A DNA stretch of 64,000 bases, taken from Octopus bimaculoides (Eukaryota). Numbering within the stretch: the first letter of the stretch is position 1; every line of letters starts with the position of its first letter. Where the stretch lies: contig NC_068993.1 of assembly GCF_001194135.2 (NCBI RefSeq), positions 19,134,712 to 19,198,711 on the forward strand. The letters are read 5' to 3'. The notes below the pieces were generated by a model. It worked only from the letters and a program-made list of their open reading frames with translations. It did no database searches and was not told where the DNA came from. Position numbers and translations under genes: made by a program. Positions 10,901 to 25,632 of the stretch are shown here, piece after piece.

Positions 10901-13178
10901 TTACAGATACATACACACACGTACATACATGTAAGTGTATACATATGTGCGTGTATATAAATATATATATACTGCACGTATATGTATATACACACATGTA
11001 TATATATATATATATATACATACATACATACATACATACATACATACATACATACATACATACATACGTACATACATACATATTCTGATCGATAATATCG
11101 AATAAACTGGTACATCAGAGGTATGATGTTCTTAGTCAAACTATGAATGATGAAGTTTGAAATGAAAATAGAAGCTGTTATAAGAAACATGATGTAGAAT
11201 TATGTAAAGATACCAATCACTATTGGATTTCGATTATTCTTTATCATGTTTGTACTTTCTTACTATAACTTTTTATAGTCATTGTCATTTTTTCGACGGT
11301 CATGTATATTTGATGAACCTAACACACTTTCTATTACATTATCTTGTATAATCATATTCTGTGTTGTTTGAGCACCACGGTAAGGTATTCTAATTTGTCA
11401 TATGATTCTTACGGCTTTAATTCCAGATTTTCGAGCCTGAAAATGATTTTGAGAGAATCGCTCAAACACAAGAGTAGACTAAAATTAGAGATTGTCAGAC
11501 AATTACCTAGTGTGTAATATTTTAAATTCACGGACGATGAACTCACACAAAATTAAGTCTTGTAACATCTTTCATGATGCGAGCTAGATCTTCTGTAAAT
11601 TATTCAAAGACACCTATTTTCTTCATTTTAAACTTTTCCATTTAGTTACATTATTTTTGCAATCTTCTATAGCCAGACAGACGACTAAAATATATGAGAT
11701 AATTACGATAGTTGAATGCCAACGCTCGGACAATGACCTATGAGTGTGGATATTTTATTTTCGTCATGTACTTTCTAAATGCTATTTCTATTTTAGAGAT
11801 GTTTGATAAGGAATCCATTTATTTTAAAATACAGAATATTTTTTATTGTTCCCTCTCTGTTATATGATACACATATAGTGATGAACAGTTAACTCGATAA
11901 AAGACGTACTCACTAGAGAATCAGTGAATATAGAAAGGAGGAAAGACATTAATTTGGAATAGAACATGTTATGCTAAGAACTATTATACACATACAAAAC
12001 GTTTTTCTAATTTTTGATAACTCAAATATCTTCATCGCAAAAAAAGTTATCGTTTATCCATATTTTACTGTCCCTCATATATTCAAGATAAATAAAATTC
12101 TATTTAGGTTCAACAAAGCTATATCTATAGACAGTCATATTGCAAATGGAAGAAGTTATGATTAAATTATCCAGAACAACCTCTGCTTTCAATAGTTTTA
12201 TTATCTTTCCGTTGTCATCTAAAAGTACACAAATCTATTTTATACGTATGCTTCTTCACCGTTGCTACTACACTTGGCTTCCATGATTCGGAATAACTAC
12301 AGATAGTTAACTGATGATTGCACAAATAAAAAGTTAAGTAGCAAGAAGAAATAGAAACTCTACTGAACTATATTTAGTCTTGTTGACTCCTTATACATAC
12401 TTATGAAATTACAATAGCATTCCTCTAAAATATTTTTCATGGAAGACGGATCCGGTTAAAAAGTTACTGATCATAAATCTTACACATGATCAATTTTGTG
12501 CGTCTATATCGCAAAAGAAGCACTGTTAGGCGAAAAGTTTGAAAACATATATAATCTCCAGATAAAGAGCCCTTATAATATTGTTAAATGAGGGGCTTGA
12601 TTTATATATATAATGTATATCATATAATGCATACGAACCTCAAATTGTGTACTTTTCTTTCCGAAACAGGAACTTTATGCCCAGTGTGTTGTTGGTCATA
12701 CTGGAAACTGTCATGTAGGCACACTGTTATACTATATCAGTAGTGTCTCACATCACTTAATTGCTTTTGCTTCCACATTTTTCTGACACTTCAGCATTGT
12801 TTTCTTTATCTTGTTCTTTATCTTGTTCATCTTCCAGTTAACGTGGAATTCTAAGCGAATGACCTGGATGAAAGCATATTGTCTTTACGTTAGTGATTTA
12901 GATCCCAAAGTTTCTAGAAAAGATAAGGGGATAAAATTGACTCTTTAAAATACGGGCATACAGAATTTACCACGTTTATTAATATCAGTCATTTGATACA
13001 AGGTGTGATTCTTACATATAGCAGCAGCTGAAAAACAACATATTGTCTATTCTGGAAAGCAGCGATGAATAAATTTTACATTTATCAATTAGTGATTCAA
13101 AATAGTTTTATAAATAAACATAATTCTTGCTTGAATGAAATTTATGTCAAAGTTTGTAACCCTTTGTCGTTTATTTAC

Positions 13179-13213
<35 letters not shown>

Positions 13214-13432
13214 TGTATGTATGTATGTATGCATATATGTATGTATGTATATACATACATATATATATATGTGTGTATACACACACGCACACACACACAT
13301 ACACACACACATACACACACACACACACACATATACATACATGCATATATGTATATATAAGCCATAAAGAGTAAGAAACTTGACATAAATTTCATTGAAG
13401 CAAGAATTACATATATTTATAAAACTATTTTA

Positions 13433-13470
<38 letters not shown>

Positions 13471-15023
13471 NNNNNNNNNNNNNNNNNNNNNNNNNNNNNN
13501 NNNNNNNNNNNNNNNNNNNNNNNNNNNNNNNNNNNNNNNNNNNNNNNNNNNNNNNNNNNNNNNNNNNNNNNNNNNNNNNNNNNNNNNNNNNNNNNNNNNN
13601 NNNNNNNNNNNNNNNNNNNNNNNNNNNNNNNNNNNNNNNNNNNNNNNNNNNNNNNNNNNNNNNNNNNNNNNNNNNNNNNNNNNNNNNNNNNNATATATAT
13701 ATATATATATATATATACATACATTTGTGCATACACACACTTCTGCATGTACTCACATCATATACACATTGCCGTAGAGGTATATATACCACATCATGCT
13801 GTATCATGTATATCAAAGATAACTGTGAAATATCTTTAGCTTCACATTAACACACATTAAATTTAATTGAAGGTTGCTTCTTTAAATAGAATTGCAAATT
13901 CCACTGACACTAACAGTTGATGCATTTTATAAGAGTTTCTGAATGTCTTTTTATTTTCGGGTGTCAAGATGCTCCCTTATTTTTGATTCGTTATTGGAAA
14001 TGTTACTTGCCATTTTCATGATTCTTTCATTATTTGAACTACATTCCAAGCCTTGTTTCTATTCAAGGATTAATTTTACAAATATATGGAAACATCTGTA
14101 TTCTCATTTTATTATTTGAATAATTTAGAAGTTTGAATTCCTGCATGACACATTTATCTCATTGAAACTACATTTTCGAAAATGTATGACGTTGTTGCTT
14201 TTACAAAAATATTTTTCCAGCAATTTAGAAGAATTTATATGACAGGAGTTATTTCGAAAAGCAGATCTAATATGTTTGACAGCCTTTTATAACTCACGAG
14301 CATTTGGAATCCTGTTCAATAATTGCTGTAGTAAAATCCTTTGAAATTGTCTGTAAAAACACATTTTTAATCGTTTAACGCAAGAAGGAAGTACAGGGTC
14401 CGTGAAAGTCAGGTAATTTCAACGAAGAAATGCAAGCAAGATCTAGAAAGTAATGTTTCTTATCCATCATTAATATGTAGTACCCAGTTCAATAAATTTA
14501 CAACATACTCCGGAATTTTCGATAAATAACAAGGGAATAATTTATATTTCGAATAACGATGAACCATTAAAATAACCATTAAAATAACAGTAATTCTTAT
14601 GTAAGTATATACTACTGACAAACATCGTAGTTTTCATACGTAAAGTAGAGAAACTAATGAGTATTCAAATACTGGAAGTATTTAAAAACATTATTAAAAA
14701 ATATATATTTAATAAGAAATGTAAAATTTATATTTATCACTAGAATTAAAAAAGAATAGTCAGAAAGGGAAAGTAAAAGAATATCAAGAACGGTTTTATT
14801 TTCTGTCTTCTTCATTTTGTCATTGGTTAATTCTCCCACACTAGCTTTTTCTCTCAGTTCACCATACTTCCTCATTTTTGTGTCATATATGTTTGCTTAC
14901 TCTATGATACGTATAAATATTATAAAAAAAAGGAAGTTAAATAAAAAAAAAAGTTACCTCGGGTTTCATTAGAAACCCAAAAATTCATTAAGGCTGTGCG
15001 GAACTCATTTGAGTGATATGTAA

Positions 15024-15770
15024 TATGTGGGAGAATATACAAAAAATAACAACAGACGAGGACAGGTGGTGTAAATAACAAAAGTATATATTAGTATGAC
15101 GCTCGGGAATACGGAAAGTCTTTGACGTTTCGAGCTACGCTCTTCAACAGAAAGAATACGGAGACAAGGAGAAAAACACGGAGAAAAAAAAATTGAATAG
15201 TGTTCAGTCAACGGTCAATCATAATAATGGCCGATCATAACAATGACTGACCGGAAGTTAGAAATTCTTATTTCAGGAGAGCTAAGAAAGGGGGAGATAA
15301 CAAACGGTGATCGGGAACGAGGGGCTGTGTGTGGGAGGTAGACTGCTGGTGATCTTGACGTATNNNNNNNNNNNNNNNNNNNNNNNNNNNNNNNNNNNNN
15401 NNNNNNNNNNNNNNNNNNNNNNNNNNNNNNNNNNNNNNNNNNNNNNNNNNNNNNNNNNNNNNNNNNNNNNNNNNNNNNNNNNNNNNNNNNNNNNNNNNNN
15501 NNNNNNNNNNNNNNNNNNNNNNNNNNNNNNNNNNNNNNNNNNNNNNNNNNNNNNNNNNNNNNNNNNNNNNNNNNNNNNNNNNNNNNNNNNGGGTGGGGTA
15601 TGTGGGTAGGGGTGGGTGGTGGGTGTAAGGAATTGGATAGGGTGGAGTGGGAAGGTAGAGTAGGAGTGTGTTGGGGTGTGGTGGGATGAGCTTATGAGGG
15701 GGTGTTGACGAGGAGGGAGAAGGGGAAGGTGGATGTCTCTTTGTTTATCAACATACAAGTAATCTGCTGA
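15024..15770 (-). mobile_element. Interspersed repeat, possibly Penelope-like-element derived, split by a gap
   Basis: Minus strand contains CTGTTGAAGAGCGTAGCTCGAAACGTC (hammerhead-like) and a C-rich tract; resembles a common octopus repeat from memory. No coding evidence. Confidence 0.4.
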
Positions 15771-16400
15771 CACGTGCATATAGGTCAGTGTATGAGTATG
15801 CATGTGTTTGCGAGTGGCATGTAGTTATTGATATGTTTGTAGGTCTGTAATGTGAATCCTCTGTTAAGCTGTCATGGAGAAGATCAATAATACAATGCAT
15901 TCTAGCCATAACCATTTCCTATATTCCTCAGTCCCAGGTTCACATTTCTGAGCGTGTAATTTTCTGACTGTGATTAGAGGGAGATATCGCAGTTATTTAT
16001 GCAAATCGAAAACTATTTTACAATCTCCTGTTTAGCTTCGACTCCTTCTTTTGCTTGTTATCTATCTCTGAGTGTAAAAAGTAAACAGTTGAGTGATATA
16101 AATAGTTATGCATTGCGTTGCATAGACATATGCATGTGTGTGCTTGAACACACGTCTCGAGGGTGTGATTCACTGAACTTGCAATTTTCCTTTTCTCCCA
16201 TTTCTTCATTGATTCTCCTTATCAACCGCAAAATTCTCTCACCTGAAAGGCATAATGCACATAATTTATCTATTTTTCTCATAAACATTTATTTTCGTTC
16301 TCCATCATCTCTTCTTCCTTTATCTCTTCAGTTGCACATTCGTGTTATTTTTGATCTGCTTAGTGTAGAAACACAAACTGTGTGTGTGTGTGTGTGTGTG

Positions 16401-16452
<52 letters not shown>

Positions 16453-18774
16453 NNNNNNNNNNNNNNNNNNNNNNNNNNNNNNNNNNNNNNNNNNNNNNNN
16501 NNNNNNNNNNNNNNNNNNNNNNNNNNNNNNNNNNNNNNNNNNNNNNNNNNNNNNNNNNNNNNNNNNNNNNNNNNNNNNNNNNNNNNNNNNNNNNNNNNNN
16601 NNNNNNNNNNNNNNNNNNNNNNNNNNNNNNNNNNNNNNNNNNNNNNNNNNNNNNNNNNNNNNNNNNNNNNNNNNNNNNNNNNNNNNNNNNNNNNNNNNNN
16701 NNNNNNNNNNNNNNNNNNNNNNNNNNNNNNNNNNNNNNNNNNNNNNNNNNNNNNNNNNNNNNNNNNNNNNNNNNNNNNNNNNNNNNNNNNNNNNNNNNNN
16801 NNNNNNNNNNNNNNNNNNNNNNNNNNNNNNNNNNNNNNNNNNNNNNNNNNNNNNNNNNNNNNNNNNNNNNNNNNNNNNNNNNNNNNNNNNNNNNNNNNNN
16901 NNNNNNNNNNNNNNNNNNNNNNNNNNNNNNNNNNNNNNNNNNNNNNNNNNNNNNNNNNNNNNNNNNNNNNNNNNNNNNNNNNNNNNNNNNNNNNNNNNNN
17001 NNNNNNNNNNNNNNNNNNNNNNNNNNNNNNNNNNNNNNNNNNNNNNNNNNNNNNNNNNNNNNNNNNNNNNNNNNNNNNNNNNNNNNNNNNNNNNNNNNNN
17101 NNNNNNNNNNNNNNNNNNNNNNNNNNNNNNNNNNNNNNNNNNNNNNNNNNNNNNNNNNNNNNNNNNNNNNNNNNNNNNNNNNNNNNNNNNNNNNNNNNNN
17201 NNNNNNNNNNNNNNNNNNNNNNNNNNNNNNNNNNNNNNNNNNNNNNNNNNNNNNNNNNNNNNNNNNNNNNNNNNNNNNNNNNNNNNNNNNNNNNNNNNNN
17301 NNNNNNNNNNNNNNNNNNNNNNTATATATATAAACAATTGCAGCATGGGAGTTGTTTATAAGTCATTTAAAATCACTTCAACATTTAAATTTAATTTGTG
17401 TCAAATTATTCTCGGCGCTTTCAAACCGCGTCCTGTTCACTGGCAAAACTTCGTGCTGCATCTAAGAAAGTAACAATTAGTTCATGGCATGTATGTATGT
17501 ATGTATGTATGTATGTATGTATGTATGTATGTATGTATGTATGCATGTATGTATGACTATGTATGTATGTGTATGTGTGCATGTATGTATTTACGTCTGC
17601 ATATGTGTGCATGCGTATGCGCATATACGCATGTATATATTTATGTATTTATGTTTGTATGTATGTACGTATGTATGTATTTGTGTATGTATGTGTGTAT
17701 TCAGATATTGTGCAGACGTGTCTGCGTGTGTGTATGTGTACGTGTACATGTAAACTTATGTACTGATGTGTGTGTCTGTCCAAGTTGTATATATATATAC
17801 ATATATATTATATATATATATGTAATTCTGTCAAAGGTCGTATATATATATATATGCTCCTCTCACCACCGTCTAACGGTGAATGAATACAATGTCATAC
17901 ATACATACATGCAAAATATGAACCTACCTATACGAATGTACAACCACACACAATCATATAAACACATACACACACATATATACGTATAATTTTAAAGTAT
18001 ACACATATATACGCTTATCCATCTACATGTATATAAGTCACTATGTCACTATATATATATATCATACAACTGTCAGAATCCAATAGAGTCAGCTATCTAA
18101 ATAGTAAAATCACCAAGGCAGAGTCGGGATAGCGTACCAGTGCACTAACAATGTATACTGACATATACGTACTTACTAAATTAAATACTGATTTGTGATT
18201 CCAGTTATGTACACATTCACAAGTACTGGCAGAATACACAAAGTGTATTGAAAGTCAAGCAAGAGTACACTTTCTGCACGTATTCCACATTCGACTATAT
18301 GATCCAGATCTAAAAGGTGGAAGGTTCCGAGTTAGGTGAAATATAAACAATAACACAGATGGGTTGTAGTACACTACAGTGGTTTCAGTCGCGTTCCTTA
18401 TTGATAAACAAAAGCGTTACTTCATGCAATAAAAGCAACATTTTCTTCAGGTGTATAAAGAAGAGATTTAACAATTAGAATTTTTCACCAAATTAAACAT
18501 AGTGCAATATATGTTTACGGATGGGAGAACCGTAAACATGTTGGTGGGGTCGTTTTACACTATGTTCTATTTTGTTAAATCTTCTCTTTCTCCGCCTGAA
18601 GGAAGCGGTTTTTGTATTTGGATGGTATAATGCTTTTCTTTATCAATAAAGAACACGTTTGTAATAGCTGTAGTGAACTTCTTGTTTACACACACACACA
18701 CACGCACACACACACACACGCACGCGCACACGCTTACGCACGCGCATACACACACGCACGCACGCACACACACA

Positions 18775-18815
<41 letters not shown>

Positions 18816-19469
18816 CAATTCCTTACTTTCAACAAATCATGCTCTCTTCCATTTATACCACCATGAACTTGCCGCAAGTGTACAACTCTAAGTCCACCTT
18901 TCATAAACATAGACAACTTATACGTACCAAAATAATGACCGTTTACCTGCTCGTTCCTCTTTCTAGAAAAAACACTGTCAAACCTCTCTTTATCATCTTA
19001 ACAAAAGAAATATTGGATGATGTTCTTTGAGTTACACTGTATCTGCAAAAAAAAGAAACTCAACAAAAGACGAGGAGACATGTTGGTCATGGCTGGCATA
19101 CTTTTGAACATGAGTTACTGCACCAATTTTTGGCTTATAATGAAGAGTAATAAACTCCTACGAGTAACATTAACGACAGTAGCCTCCTATTGCTTCTAAC
19201 GAATCATTCGCATCATCTTGTCATGATTACGATCATAATTGTAAGCGCAACCAATATTGCCTACGTCTACCGCTGACACCACCAGCAGTGATATTATCAT
19301 CTACTCATCGCCATGTTCATCATTTTCATCACCATAACCTCTATCAACAAGAAAAGAAAAAAGCAAATATAAAACTCTATTACTACTTTAGTGCTAACGA
19401 CTACTACATCACTACTTTCAACATCTCAGTCACCATTACTTTAACATACACGACCTACACCATCACAGC

Positions 19470-19720
19470 CAGGACTACTACCACCACCACCACCACCACC
19501 ACAACCACCACCACCACCACCACCACCACCACCACCACCNNNNNNNNNNNNNNNNNNNNNNNNNNNNNNNNNNNNNNNNNNNNNNNNNNNNNNNNNNNNN
19601 NNNNNNNNNNNNNNNNNNNNNNNNNNNNNNNNNNNNNNNNNNNNNNNNNNNNNNNNNNNNNNNNNNNNNNNNNNNNNNNNNNNNNNNCCACTACTACCAA
19701 CACAAACCACCACCACCATC
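19470..19720. repeat. (ACC)n microsatellite spanning a gap
   Basis: Read directly. Confidence 0.9.
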
Positions 19721-20826
19721 ATCATTTCTTCTTCTAATAAAGATTTGATTACCATCGCTAATGCCATAACTACTAACAACACCAACAAAAACAAGATCGA
19801 CAACATTATTGTCACCGCCACTGCCACTACCATCATCACAATGACTGCAATATCGACCGCCATTTTCTAAAACTAATATGAAAGCCACCAACGTCGCTAC
19901 CATATCCCTCACCATTCTCACCGCTAGAACTAAGAACAGCAGCAACAATAATAACAAAACTATCATTTCTCATCACCGCCAGAGAAATAACTTTAGCTTC
20001 ACTGTTTGAATTTTCAGATATTTTTAGCTATCAATAAACGTTCTAACCGCCAGGCAATTAGATACATTATTTAGGGTTGTTTTCTATATAATAGGGGACA
20101 TTTGCTCTGAATATTGATTTTTTCCCACACCTTTAGCAAACTTTCAATAAAATCCTTGATTGCCGTCAAGTGGCAAATTTTTGATTTTCCAGTAAACAAA
20201 CGGAAGGCAATATTCCATACCATACTTCAGTTGGAATTTTCTGTCGTTAATTTTTTTTTTTTCAGCATAGTGCCTCTCTCCGTTCCTTTTATCTCCCTTT
20301 CTTTCAATTTTTGGTTTCTCCAGTTTCGCTTTCATTTTATTCTTTCTTTATTTTATTATGTAACAGCAACAAGGACAACAGCAGCAGTAACAACAATAAT
20401 AATAACAGTATTAATAGTAACAATAATAATTAGTAGTGGTAGAAGTGGTGATGGATGTTGCTGTGGTGGTAGTCGAGATTGTGGTCATGGTAGTCGAGGT
20501 CGTTGTGGTGGTGATTGTGGTGGGAGTAGTAATATGAGTAGTGGTAATAGTACTGTTTAGAAGGAAGAGTTGTGAAGAGGTTAACTTATTATTATCAAGT
20601 TTTTTTTTGTTTAAACATGAAATACTTTAGATTTAATCAGTACATCGTCTATGTAAACGTTGTAGAATATTTTCTTCACACTATTTGGTTACAGAGATAC
20701 ATAATGGAATCAATGGCCCTCATCTAGTAATCAGTATTTGGTAACAATCTGCTGACAAATAGTGATTACAGAAGGTACGGAGGTAACAAATTTAGAATAC
20801 CAGAGGTAGTGGTAGAAGAGACAATA

Positions 20827-21009
20827 TACCAGAGAGTGCTGAAAAGTCCCTGACTTTATGGGTGTGGCGAAAGGCCTGGATGGATGCCAAGGGCTGCTGC
20901 AATAAGTGTGCAGATATGAGAAGGGAATATGTTGAATAAAGCCATAGTTGACTGACCCATCTGTATTTACTTTTACCCAAGGCCAGGAACATTTCAGGAA
21001 CCCCTCGTA
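20827..21009 (+). mobile_element. Internally deleted mariner-type (Tc1/mariner) element
   Basis: TA at both ends; imperfect TIRs taccagagagtgctgaaaagtccctgact and ggccaggaacatttcaggaacccctcgta; the internal tgctgcaataagtgtgcagatatgagaagggaatatgttgaataa gives CCNKCADMRREYVE*, like the mariner C-terminal KC..xxGxYVE motif. Confidence 0.8.
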
Positions 21010-21525
21010 AAAGACTGAGTTAGACTTTCGAGTGTGTGGTGTATGTAGCTTCACAAATCAATGACTTTATTTAAGAACTATTTCGGAACTATGTTTTTGT
21101 AGCGTAAACATTGTTATTGTTTTCTTTTTCTTTTTAGAGAGCCATCTTTTGGATACAAAATGTCTCACGCACTTCCAGATGAAGAGACATATGCATTGCG
21201 ACGGTGTTTTGGCAATACTATACATACATGATGTTTCAAAGAAGGATCGCCAGACATTGTGACGCTTAACATTCCTTCATGATTACAATACATGAGATAT
21301 ACATCCGTTTAGATTATAACGGTTGTGATAAAAATCTTTGTGATGTTAAAAGTACCAGATTATCCTGTTATATAGAAAATGTGGTTGTTTCCACTGTGAA
21401 GTAAACGTTTAGAAGCATCTGTTACAAAAACAGTATTCTTGCAAAAAGGATATGCTACACATAAATTATGAATTATGTTGCCAGACACACACACACATAC
21501 ACACACACACACACACACGCGCGCG

Positions 21526-21559
<34 letters not shown>

Positions 21560-22089
21560 NNNNNNNNNNNNNNNNNNNNNNNNNNNNNNNNNNNNNNNNN
21601 NNNNNNNNNNNNNNNNNNNNNNNNNNNNNNNNNNNNNNNNNNNNNNNNNNNNNNNNNNNNNNNNNNNNNNNNNNNNNNNNNNNNNNNNNNNNNNNNNNNN
21701 NNNNNNNNNNNNNNNNNNNNNNNNNNNNNNNNNNNNNNNNNNNNNNNNNNNNNNNNNNNNNNNNNNNNNNNNNNNNNNNNNNNNNNNNNNNNNNNNNNNN
21801 NNNNNNNNNNNNNNNNNNNNNNNNNNNNNNNNNNNNNNNNNNNNNNNNNNNNNNNNNNNNNNNNNNNNNNNNNNNNNNNNNNNNNNNNNNNNNNNNNNNN
21901 NNNNNNNNNNNNNNNNNNNNNNNNNNNNNNNNNNNNNNNNNNNNNNNNNNNNNNNNNNNNNNNNNNNNNNNNNNNNNNNNNNNNNNNNNNNNNNNNNNNN
22001 NNNNNNNNNNNNNNNNNNNNNNNNNNNNNNNNNNNNNNNNNNNNNNNNNNNNNNNNNNNNNNNNNNNNNNNNNNNNNNNNNNNNNNNNN

Positions 22090-22130
<41 letters not shown>

Positions 22131-22475
22131 GAATAATATGTAAATATATGCATATATACATATATGTACATACCTACATATATATGTATATATACATGCA
22201 TATATGGATACAGGACATCAAAAAACGTCAACAAAATGAGAAACGAGAACATAAAAAACAGAAACATTGAAAACGAACTTTTTTTCGAAAAACAAAAGAA
22301 TCAAACAGAGAAACGAGACAGGCAACATAAAGAACATTCCCTTCATCATTTGTCCCCTGTTTTATCTACTCCGCATTTCGAAAGTAGGGACAAGGCGAGA
22401 CTTCGTTAAAACAGTCCTTCCCGCAAAGCAAATTAAATTAAATGTTGCCGGACACACAGACACACAGACACACAC

Positions 22476-22511
<36 letters not shown>

Positions 22512-22540
22512 GCACGCGCGCACGCGCGCANNNNNNNNNN

Positions 22541-22590
<50 letters not shown>

Positions 22591-23679
22591 GCTGTCTCTG
22601 TAACATGAACCTAAACGCTTATTCCAAATCTAAATTTCCCGAAACACATCCAACAGCAATACGTACGCTCATATAATATGTTTTCTCTTCAACTATATTT
22701 CCATTAAACCGTCAGATTATGTGTACGAGTGGACAAACAAAAGAAACAGAAACTCAACAGAATTGGTGGGAGTTATCTCGCTTGACAAGCTAGGTTCTAG
22801 TGACTAGCTTACGAAACTTTAAGTTTCATGAGGCCGAATCTCAAATCAATAATTTCTAAGTATACCTTCCTCTTCGGAGAAACTAAAATCTAATAAGAAA
22901 TACAGAAACTTTTCTGAGTCAAATTTTATTCACTTGACGATAGTGTAATGTTAGTACTTGATTCTTCATCTCTCACATTTTTCATCTAAAAAAAAAAAAA
23001 TAATAATAATAAATGGCTGCAAGCGATTAGTTCAATAGTTTGGACATTTATGTGCGCTCTCCGTTTTTCTCTGAATCTTATCAGCTTGTCTTTGTCTGTC
23101 TTTCGTACTTTCTCTCTAGCTTTCTCCTCGTTTAGTCTCAGATTTTAAGACGAGATACAAAACAAGAAGCTTATATTTGAATTTGTTTATTTCTTTTAAT
23201 ACATTCCTAGTTTATTGTTGATGCTAGTATAAATAATTCCAGCAGCAGAGCGATTGTAGGGGATGGGGGTAGTTCCAGAAAGCGGTTTTAATTTGTTTGA
23301 ATCCGACAATAATCGTTGAATAATAGCAACATTATACTTCCATTGTTGTCTCTTGCGGATTGTTTAGCTATCTTGAACTGTGACAAGTTTTCTCAATAGG
23401 AAAAGATATATAGTAATAGATATTAAGCAAATTAAAATTTAAATACGTATATAATGGTAATGGTGGCAGTAGTTCTTCCAGTAGAACCAAAGAACCTATG
23501 TTCCCATTGCTTATTTTTTTCTTCTTGAATTGCTAGTAATACCTATCTGCCGTAATTCCTATCAGAAGTATCACCGTTTATTTGGTGACGGGGCGGGGTT
23601 AAAACTCAGAATGAGCAAAGCCAGAACAGATACGACAATGCATCCCTTTCAACATTCTAATAATTCTGGCAATCCCATG

Positions 23680-24020
23680 CCCTAGATAGGTACTTTTTAT
23701 CAACCTTTGAAATGTAAAGTTCACCTAGATGGAATTCGAACTCAGATCCCAAAGTGTCGGAACAATTACTGCGTGACATTCTTTCTAACATACTAAAAAG
23801 TCCAGCAATTCGCTGCACATATATTTCGAATTTAGGTTAAACGACAGCTATTTAAAGGGAGGGAACTTGTCGATATCATCGAACCCAGTACTAAGCAGGT
23901 GGTTTATTTCGTCAACTTTGAGTGATCAAAGGTAAGGTTAACCATGGAGGGATTTGATCTCAGCACATAAGGAGCTGACAGAGGTACCATCAAGAAATTT
24001 TCCGTTCTTCTAACTATTCT
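23680..24020 (-). mobile_element. Two old SINE family B copies in tandem
   Basis: Degenerate matches ggtactttttatcaacc..aaagttcaccta.atggaattcgaactcaga and cgatatcatcgaacccagtact..aaggttaaccatggagggatttgatctcag. Confidence 0.6.
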
Positions 24021-24325
24021 ACTGTCTATACAATGATCTGAGCTATTGTTTCATTTGTTTTGTTTTTCTTATAAGTTATTACAAACAACTTGGCTAATTA
24101 GATTGAGATTGGTGAAGCAAATACAGGCTATTGAAAGAGGTTAAGAGTTTAACAAATTTTAGTCTTCCTTTTCACACCGATGTGGTTAATATTTCCTTTG
24201 AAACGTTGTAATATTTCTTTTGAAACGATGCAGAGAAATTGGTAGATGAGAGAAAACTATGGAACGCTAACTTTCTGTGAAGGGTTGGTTAGAACTTGTT
24301 AGTGGAGAAGGTAAAACAATATTAT

Positions 24326-24507
24326 TAGTTTCAAATTTTGACACAAGGCCAGCAAGTTTTGGGGAAGAAATAAATCGATTACATCGACCCCAGTGCTCCA
24401 CTGATCATTTTTTTATCGATCGCGAAAGGATGGAAGATAAAGTCGACCTCGGAGGAATTTGAGAACGTAAGCACGGAAGAAAAGCTGCTAAGCATTTTCC
24501 CCGGCAA
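24326..24507 (-). mobile_element. SINE family B copy
   Basis: tttcaaattttgacacaaggccagcaa..cgattacatcgaccccagtgct..gaaaggatggaagataaagtcgacctcggaggaatttga. Confidence 0.85.
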
Positions 24508-24795
24508 GAAATGAATTTGAATTGTCTCATCCGTGGTAGCATGAAATCAAAAAGCTCCGTTGGAAGATGTAACCAGTTCATGCTTTATTTCAGTAAGATC
24601 AGAAAAGCCCATGTTGATATATATATATTCATAAATAATATAGAAGCAGCAACTGCTGTGTGAATACATGACAATGAATACAGTCACATTCTATAAATTA
24701 TAAACTATTGGGTTGGTTAGTAGTCCAACACAACATATAAATTCACATACTTGTAATATCAGCTCAAGATATACGTACCCCACATAACACATGGT

Positions 24796-24849
<54 letters not shown>

Positions 24850-24878
24850 CATATATATACATACAGATAGACACGCAC

Positions 24879-24916
<38 letters not shown>

Positions 24917-25006
24917 ACACACACATATATATAGTAAGAAAAAGCGATGAGGAGTAATATATTTTCTTTACCTGATTTGATAATTACCAAAGTTTCTCTC
25001 CCCTCC

Positions 25007-25007
25007 C

Positions 25008-25074
<67 letters not shown>
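25007..25074. repeat. (TATC)n microsatellite
   Basis: Read directly; another copy at about 43602-43665. Confidence 0.95.
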
Positions 25075-25269
25075 GCGTGTATATGGATGTATAGATAGAG
25101 TAATTACTTCTTCTGCCGAGAAAGACATGTGAGTAGTTAGCTGTTCGATAATCCGAATGGCAAATTAGTCACTTCGGTTCGCCGAAAACATGCTTGGTCA
25201 TACATCGAATTAGCGTACGAAGGCAAAGTATGCCTAGGCTGATACTTTGAATTAGTGATATAGTCTATT

Positions 25270-25395
25270 CAGTTTCCATCTATAAAGATTCACTCACTAG
25301 GCTTATGTCGGACTAAGGCTAAAGTAAAGACATTCGATGCATTGTAGTGGTATCAATCACATGACATTACGGTTACGAAACGAACTGCTTAACCA
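25270..25395 (-). mobile_element. SINE family A head (degenerate)
   Basis: cagtttccatctataaagattcactcactaggctt..aggctaaagtaaagaca..gaactgcttaacca is the reverse complement of the family A 5' half. Confidence 0.65.
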
Positions 25396-25632
25396 TTCAA
25401 ACATTCAAATACTATTTAGCCCTACCTGTATAATGGTAAAATCATTCATGTACCACTCCGAATAAAGATGTAAATGTATATATGGAACCATGTATTTATC
25501 CATCCACTCATTTGGCTGTCTGTCTGGCAATTTCTACACACACATGCGCATTTCAAATAAGGATCAAAGGTCCATCCTGAGCGACAGGTTCAAACGGCCG
25601 ATTTTCCGAATGCTGTGGCGTATATATTCATT

